A DNA stretch of 64,000 nucleotides from assembly GCA_012295275.1 (NCBI GenBank), contig CM022670.1, positions 23,932,001 through 23,996,000 of the forward strand, given 5' to 3'. The notes below the pieces were generated by a model that saw only the letters and a list, made by a program, of their open reading frames with translations, was not told the origin of the DNA and made no database searches. The translations under genes were made by a program, and so were the position numbers. Source of the DNA: Chrysomallon squamiferum (taxonomy: Eukaryota > Animalia > Mollusca). Shown piece by piece: positions 27,328-37,610 of the stretch (its first letter is position 1; each line of letters starts with the position of its first letter).

Positions 27328-28248
27328 ATGTCTGGACGTAACAACCTGAAATTAGGCTTTACTGATAACTTCATAATAAGTGGTCTGGCTGCTACTATTT
27401 CCAAGACAGTAGCTGCTCCAGTTGAACGTGTGAAACTCCTAATTCAGAACCAGTATGAACTGATAAAGGCTGGTCGTCTTTCTGAACCTTATAAAGGCAT
27501 TGCAGACTGCACATGGCGTACTTACAAGACTGAAGGGATACTGCCATTCTGGAGAGGAAATTTGGCCAACTGCATTCGCTATTTTCCAACACAGGCTATG
27601 AATTTTGCCTTTAAAAACAAATTTCAAGCAATATTTAAAAATAGCAGCAAAGATTCACAGACTAAAATTTTTTATAAGAATATGCTTTCTGGTGGTATAG
27701 CTGGAGGGATATCCTTGCCTTTTGTTTACTCCCTTGACTATGTCCGGACTCGCCTAGCTAATGACACTATGGTAGCAGGCAGACATGGAGCTGAAAGACA
27801 GTTTAAAGGCCTAATTGACGTCTACCGAAAAACTCTGAAATCAGATGGTATTGTTGGTCTTTACAGAGGATTTCTAATTTCCTGCTTTGCCATGGTGGTG
27901 TACAGATCTTGTTATTTTGGTTTCTATGATACTTTCAAGCCAGTTCTTCTGGGAGAACAATCCAACATAGTGCTATCTTTCATGCTTGGATATGCTGTGA
28001 CAATATCAGCTGGGTTAATAGTGTATCCACTTGATACAGTTCGCAGGCGAATGATGATGATGTCAGGAGAGGCAGTAAAATATAAAGGAGCCATTGATTG
28101 TGCTTTACAAATTATGAAAAAAGAAGGATATAAATCCTTCATGAAGGGAGCAGGGGTGAATATTCTCAGAGGAATTGCAGGTGCTGGTGTTTTGGCAGGT
28201 TTTGACAAATTACAGGAGCTATATATTAACTTCAAGGTTTTGCTTTAA
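27328..28248 (+). CDS. AAC: Mitochondrial ADP/ATP carrier (adenine nucleotide translocase, SLC25 family), intronless CDS, fungal/plant-type sequence
   Basis: 306-aa ORF with three carrier repeats ([22 protein letters not shown]), the RRRMMM signature, and conserved K26, R84 and R281. The ATG directly follows a splice acceptor (ttttcttttaacag). AATAAA signals lie at about 28588 and 28782. Confidence 0.95.
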   Translation: MSGRNNLKLGFTDNFIISGLAATISKTVAAPVERVKLLIQNQYELIKAGRLSEPYKGIADCTWRTYKTEGILPFWRGNLANCIRYFPTQAMNFAFKNKFQAIFKNSSKDSQTKIFYKNMLSGGIAGGISLPFVYSLDYVRTRLANDTMVAGRHGAERQFKGLIDVYRKTLKSDGIVGLYRGFLISCFAMVVYRSCYFGFYDTFKPVLLGEQSNIVLSFMLGYAVTISAGLIVYPLDTVRRRMMMMSGEAVKYKGAIDCALQIMKKEGYKSFMKGAGVNILRGIAGAGVLAGFDKLQELYINFKVLL

Positions 28249-30241
28249 TTCTGTGTGTTTGTGCATGTAGCTCAATTACTAGCCAATTTGAAGTTAGGTT
28301 TGATTTTACTTAATTTTATATCTATCCATTATCATCACAGCATTATGGGTTGTTGTTTTTTTGTTTGTTTGTTAAAGAGACATTATTAATATAATTTATT
28401 TTCTTTTTCTTTGCCAAGATTTGAAAATCACTGTCTTATTATGTGACAATGACACAGTGTTAAGCATAAAAGTGTCCAAATTGTTGTGCACATTTCTTAT
28501 TTTATTTGTTTTCTGTAGGTGAAATTTTAAATAATCTGTATTTACTAATTGTTTTTATATATAGAATGTTTTTTTACTAAATAGATGATAAATAAATATC
28601 CATTTGTATGCGTGTATGTATGCTGTATAAATGTGCAAGAAATGATTCACAATTGTAAATTACATTAAAATTACCTTTACATCATAATTGTTAAATTGTT
28701 TATATACTTGTTTGTGCAAAGGAGTTTATAACTGATCTATTTATGAAAGGAACCTCTTCCTTTGTAATTTTATATAATAATAATAAATAAAACAACAGTT
28801 GTTCAATGTTTTGCAGAATTAAAATGAACTATTGTTTACAGTAAGTTTTTACAGTAATTTCAGCTATGTAATTTCACAAAACAATCAATCTCTAGAAACT
28901 ACTATTTAACAGAATAGTATGACTCTGTGTGTTCTCATTTTTAAAGGGAAAGTAAATCTGATTGCAAACTAAAAAGACAGACATAAATATACTGCTTTAA
29001 CTTAGTTCTCAACTAGCATCATAGTTCCCAATGCAACAAATACTTTTATATGAGTCAGTGAAAAGATTAACCCAGAATTACAGAAGAATAAAAAAAAAAT
29101 CAACATTTTATATTATAAAATTAGAATTATTTATATTCTGATATGAAATCAAAAATACAAATTAGATTTCTACAACAGGCAACAGATTTCTAAGTGAATA
29201 AAGAGAATAAACTGTTGCATTAATAGCTCAGTAACTGCAGTTTCAAATATGTTTAGTGCAATACAGATTTGAATTTGTACTTAGCATTAACTGATTGCTA
29301 TGAAATAGAATACTACCTTAGTAATTGATTAGCAAAGTGCATATATTGTATATCTGCTCTGCATATTTCATTCTATTTTATTATTATCTGTATAGACAAT
29401 ACTAATTTATTTAGTTCTTCCTACATCGATATGTCTTCTCATTCTGGACACATTTATGTTTTGTAGTTGGATGTGATAACACGTCTGAGTATATTTCTTG
29501 ACTTCCATTTTATTTCTTGGATCATCTGAATTGAAACAAAATAATGTGCTTCAATAATTATTATTAGAAGTGATGCAAGAAGCAGAAGCTGTAGCTTATA
29601 GGCTAATATTTAATAATTATGCAAGTAATGAATTATGAATTATAGAGCAAAGTTAAATATCGCGACGGAAACCTTCCCCACAACTAAAACTAAACTTCAA
29701 AAATTATTTGAAAATATAAAGCATAATAGCAAATAAATGTCAACAGATAATAAAACAAACCGCTTCAGCAATAAATACGATAGAAATTTTTTTGCTTTTT
29801 TTTTAAATCGGGCTGTAGATTTGTAACGCTTTTACGCTTCGGTGATGCCAGTTCATTTCAAAGCATAATATATTTTATAAAATTAAATTATTTCGTTGAA
29901 TAAATTTATAAGCAACATTAATTAAGTGATCGTAATAAATGACTTACTTAGAAGGTGCTGAATACGATCATGAGCCGATATAAAATTCGCCAATAAATGT
30001 TAACGGACGCCATTTTGTACACAGAAGTCGTCAACTACTCGGACGATAGCGGTGTTTTTATCGGAATAGGCTGCAATCCCTGTGGGCGTTATGCCCACTT
30101 TAAAATTTAAAAAAAAAAAAAAAAAAAGTGTGAAGAAATTGAACCCGCTTTCGAATGATACCAGAGTATATTGAATAATATTGTAATTAGTGTTGATAGA
30201 AGAAGACCATAAAAAAAAAAAAAAAAATCGGTTATTTTTAG

Positions 30242-30279
<38 letters not shown>

Positions 30280-32524
30280 ATATTTATTTATTTATTTATT
30301 TCCGCCTGGTTATAATTATATTTCATCATGCAAAGGCGCAAATTGCATTCACTCATATTTTTCTTCTTGGTTCTGACATCAGCACATAATTTCAAAACTC
30401 CAAATTACCCAAAAATATAGAAATACTGTTTTTGAACTCACCAAACCCAAACTGGCTTTGACACCTTATTTCACTCAGTTTATAATGTCAGTAGCATCAG
30501 CTTAAAGAATATGGAAGCATAAAATATTTTCTGAAAGCCAAAAATTGGATTTTGAACTTGGTCAGTGTAACATCCATCTAAACATTTATTTGAGAAGAAA
30601 ATCAGAATGTACATATAATCAGGTTTTTTTTTCCTTCTAATTCTCCAAGTTCTGTGTCTGTCAGTCTTTAAATTATATGATGTATATTTGAAAGAAAATT
30701 AACATCCTTTACATGTAACATCCACCATTTGAAAAAGTGGGTGCATTAACATTCCTTACATTCCTATTAAGTCTCTTCTGTTGTCACTGAAAATCTTTAT
30801 CACAAAAGGTAGTTACACTAGATGACAGATGCAGATTATTTTACCCACAGTTCTTCAGTAGGCCCACTCCCTCTTTCATTTCTTGAGCAATTTTCAAGAA
30901 AGCTCATTCCTAATTCATGACGCAACACCTCAAAAAATTAAGATAAGTATTCAGGTTTTCCTGCTGTTCGGAAACAATATTTCCAGATCCATGAAAAAAA
31001 AAAAAAACAGTTGTCAGATGTAATCACAAATTTTATGATGAAATATCAGTTAATGAAAGATAAAAAACACATTTGTACTAGATTGATGGGGGCAACAAAT
31101 GCAGAAAAAAGAAATAAATTCCACAAATTGAAAGAGGTGTTTGCCACTGTCCCAGTCATCAAAGCAATTGCTCATTTCCACTACCTCATCACTGAGGATG
31201 GTTGCTGTGTCCATGTCAATCTGACAAATGTTGAGGTCGAAACTTCTGAAGACATTATTCATCTACCAATCCAAGTTAATATACCATCTGGAAATGACCA
31301 TCCAAAAAGGACAAAATCATCTAAATTAAAGAGAAGATAAAGAAAAAGTTTCCACCACCCAGCATGACCAGTGAAATGGATCCCTGAGAGGGGCAAGTTT
31401 CCCCCTTTTTGATAGAAGGCCACATGAATCCTAAATATAAAAGAAGATTGTGAATGAATCAGTACCACATGAAATCAGCTACATTTTTGTTATTATTTTT
31501 ATTTACTTGTATGAAAGGTTTCCATGTCTTAGTTATCTACAAACTCTCCTGGTGATGATTTGGACTGTTTTTGTTTTATGAAAATATTCTTTAGAATAAT
31601 TACAGGTTGCTGCATGACAACAGAAAAATTAGATAATGTGGTAGAATAATTAATGCAGGTTTAATAAGCCACATCATTATCTTGATCATGAATTAAAATG
31701 CATGACAACAGAAAAATAAGATTCAATGACAGCAGACAAAATGCAATATCTGGTAAATTATAACTGATATTCTTTAAGTTCTACAGCTATCTTCAATCTT
31801 AGGGGCAAGTATTTATTTGCATATTTAAAGGTTTCAAACAATTTTGAAGTGAAGTTAGTTTGTTTTTGCCCATGTTCTTTTGAAGTAACAACTATCAAAC
31901 ATTTCTGATAACCCATCAAGCTGTAGATATCTTTAGGCTCTTTTCCATGTGACACCAAATAGATTTGGATATAGATAAGTCTTACTTGTGCCAATTTCCT
32001 GGGACTACAATTAGCAGTCAGGGCAGCTGGAGTAACCTCCAACCATTGTAAAGTTAACATCCATCACTGTATAATTGCCCATATCATTAGAAAGCTCATT
32101 ATGCTAAAAACAGATGTTTAATGAGTTCATAGCCAGAGTCTGCCATTGTACAACATGGGGTACAGTTTTCCCTCTCAGAAGCATTTAAAATGTTGTGTTC
32201 TTCAAATGCACAGGTTACAAATTTACTGAGTAAATCAGGGTCTTCTTCTTTATTTTCATTCAAAGCAGAGTTAAATGTGGTTAAAACTTGCACATTTTGA
32301 ACAGTGACTGGCCAAATCATTATTGTTTGGCACTACCTACTTTTACTAAAACTTTTAATTGTTATTCTTTATTATTAATAGACTGAAAATAGAAAAAGGA
32401 ACATTAGTAGAAAATAAAATTGTTCTCTAAAAAAATTATTTCAGTAAAATCCTGATAAATAGAAACATTCAACTCTAGATAATCAGATAACACATACACA
32501 AAAGGAGAAGGTGAAATAATTTAA

Positions 32525-35500
32525 TTAACAATGTTGTGTCTCACTGTCACTATCAGAATATGTACATTTCAGTGACATTAAAGCATTGTTTGCTTTAACA
32601 TCAACTGTCACCCGATTCTTTACATTTTCATCATCACTGATATTAGTGTTTTTTCATCTTCTCCGTTAATAACAACACAACTGTCATTGTTCTGATTTGG
32701 TTCCCCCTTTTTATTTTTATCTTTTGGTGTTTCTTTTTTCTTGATTCCTAACTTTCTTTTATCACTGACTGTCCACTTTGCAGGACTATCAAAAGGATTT
32801 CCTTTACAAATACTTTTTGCCAGCTCTAAAACTTTGGAATTTGACTTAACATCTTTCTGTGTATTATACTGTGACGGTTTCATGGCTGTTTCAAATAAAA
32901 GTCTTTTCTCAATTGCTTTTCTTTTTTCTTTCTGTTTTTCTTCAAATGCTACAAAACAAAAACAAAAACAGATCATTTTTAGCTCCTAATTTTTTGTGCA
33001 GTGTGATATATTCATAGGTCAAGTTGTATAGTTTTTAAAACTACACATAAATTGCTAATCCTTATTATTATTATTTTGTGTATTTTTTATAAAGAAAGTT
33101 AATTTCTTATATATCATCTTTTATTAAAATTAGTTTCCAAAGATTATTTAAAAATTAATCAACATGATTTTTTGTTGATAAAACTCACATTCAGTAACAG
33201 AATATTTCATGAGACTAGCTATTCGCTTATCTTCTTCTGTTTCACTGACCAGTGAAATGTCAAGTGAGGATTTCTGTAACAGAGCTTTATTAGCAGCCTC
33301 TGTTGCCTGCAGAGATTTTTTCTCTTCCTGAACAAAATAAAGATTATATATTAAATATTTTAATACTGACTGTCAGTGATAATGTGCCACATAATACATT
33401 TATGAAAGGAAAATATTAAAAAAGTTATAAAGGATGGAATGGGTAGAAACTTCTTCTATGCTGGAAATTAAATAGGATATCATCACAAGCACAGAACCAC
33501 AATCAAATAAATAACAGAATATGGCATCATTATTAAAGCAGGTCTTAATATGTACCTGCTGGATAATCCTAAAACCATACATGTAATGGTAAATAAAATA
33601 CCATAATAATAAACTGTACATTATAACAATCGTACAATTATTTTTCTATATGGTAATGATATTTTCTGGGACATGAAAATAATGTCTATTTACAAGTTTA
33701 CCCTAAATTTGTTTCTTGCAAGTTTATTCAAAAGATAGTCGTCCTTGTGAACTTCCATCTTGTCTTCTATTTCTGCCAGATTTGGTAATCTTGATTTACT
33801 CTTCTGACTGTCATCTGAACCATGCTCCAGTTTATACATGGCATCAGTAACAAGCTTCTTCTGAGTAGCCTTGTCTATAAAACAAGCAGAAAAAGCATCA
33901 GAAAATATGTTTGTAATTCAAAATAGAAGACAGTAAAGACTCACTGGAATTAATGTTTGAATTAAAAATACAGATTTGCTGTACACAGTCAAATTCAAAT
34001 ATGTAAGAATATGTAGCATTTAATAATTCTGAAATTCTGACAAACTGTTCTACCGTCTGTAACAATCTGTTCATTTTCTTTAGGATCCCATCTCTGTTCT
34101 TTTCTGCGGGCACCAGAGAGGATAACATAGTCATGATTCTGAAAGGTAAAAGAAAAATTATTATTTTATTGCTAATAAAATTCATTTGATTTTATATAAA
34201 CATTATATGCAGCCAATAAACTCTCCTGATCTTAAGTGTTAAATTTATAGAAATGATGGTTATAATTAAGTGTATTATGATTTCACTTTCATAATGTTTT
34301 TTCAGTGATAGAAATAATTATTAAGAAACAAAAATATCAATTTAAATACTAAAATTCTAAATCAGTAAATGACCTGTGTACCAGAAATCCTTGACAAGCA
34401 TTACCTGTGGATCTGTTTGAATCTCTATATAGTTAGGGCAGAGATGACATTTCATTCGAAATTTGTAGATAGGAGTGCTATAGTAGTTTCCAACTTTCTT
34501 CTTTTCTGCATTATATCGCACACCCATTCCAACATGGTTATTACACCCTTCACACCAAATGTTGTACGGCAGTTCAAATCTGAAATTACGTCAAACCAAT
34601 CACAGTGGATGATATTAGTGTGGAATAAACAGATCTTTTATTCTATACTTAAAAAAAATATATATAATTTTTTCCAAACATACTTCTATATGTTGCAAGA
34701 ACCATCTATTGTTAGATCAAAATAAACAAAACAAGACTAGGAAAATGTTCAGACAGATCTATTTTCCCTTATTTCATAATCTTACATAAAATCTAGAAAT
34801 GTGTGAAACCATGTTAGATTGTAAGCAAAATTGACATATTTTGTCTATCTGGAATTTTTCTCAGCTGACTATATGCTCAAAGTGTTTTTAAGAAACAATG
34901 AAAATAACAAATTCTACACATCCTCAACAGTCTGTTATAATCTGGTAAAATCATTTGGTTGTACAAACATTCCTTTACATTATCTCTTACATTAGGTACT
35001 AAAGTGTATTTACCTGATAACAAGGATTCCCTGAGAAAGTTTCTTAGCTCTTTCTCGTAATGGATGTTGACCAACATATTTATTAATAGAACCTTTTGAA
35101 GGATTCCAGTCAGGTGGATAATATTTATTTACAGCCTTTCTCTCTGCCTGAAAATAAAAATGTAAGAAGTTTCTAAAAAAATAAACAAATTATATTGCCT
35201 TTTGACATATAAAATATTGATAATACTATGTATTTAACATAAAGAGTTGTTATTAACATTTTGGCAGGTCTAAAATCATGTGCTACTGATGTCTATAAAA
35301 TTTTAAATAATTTTAAAACACAACTGTAATACATCGTATATATTCAAATAACCTAATGATGACTAATCATATTAATAACAAATTCCTACCGACTATTAAT
35401 ATTTCTGTAATATATATATATATAAAAAAAAATAATTTCTAAATAAGTTGGAAAAATATGTCACAATCTGAGTTATCCTGTTACTCAAAATGTCTGTCAT

Positions 35501-35969
35501 TAGTAATGTACTAAGTTATGTAAGAAGTACCTTAAATCCAATAAAGTTGAAACAAAACAGAGTAAAATAATAATCCCTGAATATAGTTTATTATATCTTG
35601 AGTATCATGTCATCCACACTGGAAGTTCATAACACATAATGTTACTTTAATTGAACTTTATTCATAACTCATCATATACACTTGCATAGAACATAAATAA
35701 TTATCATTATAAAATAACAACACAGTAGAAAGTAACTTTGCTATTTGTTATTTTGACACCAACCATTACAAAGTCTCTTTGCTTTATAACTGTGGAGGAT
35801 GGCTAGGGCACCAGAGGAGGAAGATATCCAACTGAAAAGCAACTTCAGCGGCTCTCATGGAAAACAGTGGCATAGGATACTAAACTTTTGTGACTGTAAT
35901 ACACATGAACTTGTCTTATGGCTGTGCTCCATGTCAACAAAATCAACTTGAGCATGGGAGCTGAATTTT

Positions 35970-36000
<31 letters not shown>

Positions 36001-37610
36001 TTTTGTATTTGTATTTGTTTTTTTTTTTTTTTTTTTTTTTTTTTATTTTTTTTTTTTTGTTGTTTTTGTTGTTTTTTGAAAGTTTCTCAACATCACCAAA
36101 ATTCATACAAATTTAAAAGGTTGCAATGTGGCTTTGTAGGTGAAACTTTTGAAACTTCATTTACTATATTCATATTTGTATGGCCTTTAATCTCTTTAGG
36201 AATAACTACTTGATTAAAAGATTCACTGAAGGCTCTGAACTGGAGTCTTGGAGCAGCTTTTAATACCTTCTTTATTTTATATTTTATGGATTTTCCCTTT
36301 AAGTAACTGCAACAGCAAATGTAAAAGTACTCATTAATTTATTAGTATAAAGCTATGGGCTTTATTCCATTTTTCTTCAGATTAATTTTAATTGAATAGT
36401 AGTAGTAGTAATAATAATAACAATAGGGAAGTTAAGGGTAAATATTCTCCATTACATTTAAAACTGAGTTCCTATTGTTAATTTAATTTTTTCTCCAAAT
36501 ATATAGCAAACAAATGAAAAAATTAAATAAAAAAAAATATTAAAAAAAATTATCATGGAATAAACCCACTGAAGAAAAACACTACCATGTAATGGCAATT
36601 CTAAAACAATTACATAAAGAATACAATCAGTGAGATCAAATGCTTATTAGAAGAATCATTATATGTCACAATTTTCCTAAAATGTGTCTAGTAAAACTGT
36701 ATGATGTAACAAGTTTTCAGTAATTACAGAAAATTACTCAAGATTTTAAAGATTTATGAATTACTTAGGTGACACATGATTTCATGTATTCCTTATAATG
36801 TTTTGAGATTATGTGAACTTCCAGTTTCACAATCATACTATTACAATAACATATACACACATTTTGACAGGTATATGACAAAATCTGATAAAATATAAAA
36901 TATTTTAATTAAAAAATCAAAATTACACCAAGTGATCAAGTTCTCTTCAATACAACTGATATGAAAGAAATAAAATAAAAATTTGTCTGGAAAAAAATGT
37001 TTCTGGTATTTTTTCAAATGGAGGTATTGTGATTCATTTCAGTCATCTGTCAACATAAGGTCTGAGTATTTCACATAATGTCAAACCTGTATACAAAATG
37101 AAACTTTTGGTGAGTTCTTGAGCTATGTAGTATTTTAAAGCATGTTTGTAACATTTATGGATTTTAAATAATTAATTAATTACACTAATTAGATCATTTA
37201 TACTTTCTGCCTTAATTATATACGCCTCAAAAACTCCATAGAAATAAAACAAGTATACAAAAAGATCATTTTTCAAGATGACATTTTTGAAGAGCTGTTT
37301 AGGACTTCAATTTTTCAAGCATTTTGCTAAATACTTTTTAATCAATAAAGGTGTCATAAAAACGAATTTGAAAATGAAGCTGAATACATATAAGACATTA
37401 TATTCGTTGTTTTGGAAAATGCATGAAAATAATGACGAAACAAACAGAAACTCGAATAACTTAGTAATTTTAGTTAATAAAATTATAAGGGAACTACTTC
37501 AAGGAAAGCGGTTAGGCGTCACAAAAATTGTATTTCCAAATGAACTTTATGGATATATTAAAAAATGTTTTGATTTCAAAATGGTTAAAATTAAATGAAT
37601 GGATTACCAT
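32525..37610 (-). CDS. CCDC130: Splicing factor CCDC130/YJU2B (CWC16 family)
   Basis: Exons on the minus strand: ATG at 37610-37608 followed by gtaatc (start exon is a best guess), 35147-35014, 34579-34405, 34138-34054, 33874-33702, 33327-33189, 32948-32620. Translation MAERKAVNKYYPPDWNPSKGSINKYVGQHPLRERAKKLSQGILVIRFELPYNIWCEGCNNHVGMGVRYNAEKKKVGNYYSTPIYKFRMKCHLCPNYIEIQTDP is diagnostic. As given it stops at 32620; one extra A in the A6 run extends it to a typical YSDSDSE tail ending at 32525. Confidence 0.92.
35770..35950 (+). mobile_element. Short decayed LINE (RTE-like) C-terminal fragment in a CCDC130 intron
   Basis: SLLYNCGGW..KQLQRL..WHRILN pieces resemble the post-RT region of RTE-type elements. 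The fragment is frameshifted. Confidence 0.35.

Noticed and set aside
27395-28235. Minus-strand ORFs overlapping the AAC gene
   Set aside because: Antisense shadows of a real CDS, with no independent signal.
29755-29860. Possible intronic C/D snoRNA on the minus strand (CTGA with a short terminal stem)
   Set aside because: There is no canonical RUGAUGA C box, I recognise no rRNA guide, and a poly-A tract interrupts it.
34369-34725. 118-aa plus-strand ORF
   Set aside because: Antisense to a CCDC130 exon.
37278-37598. 106-aa plus-strand ORF
   Set aside because: AT-rich, lies in the CCDC130 first intron, and has no recognisable motif.
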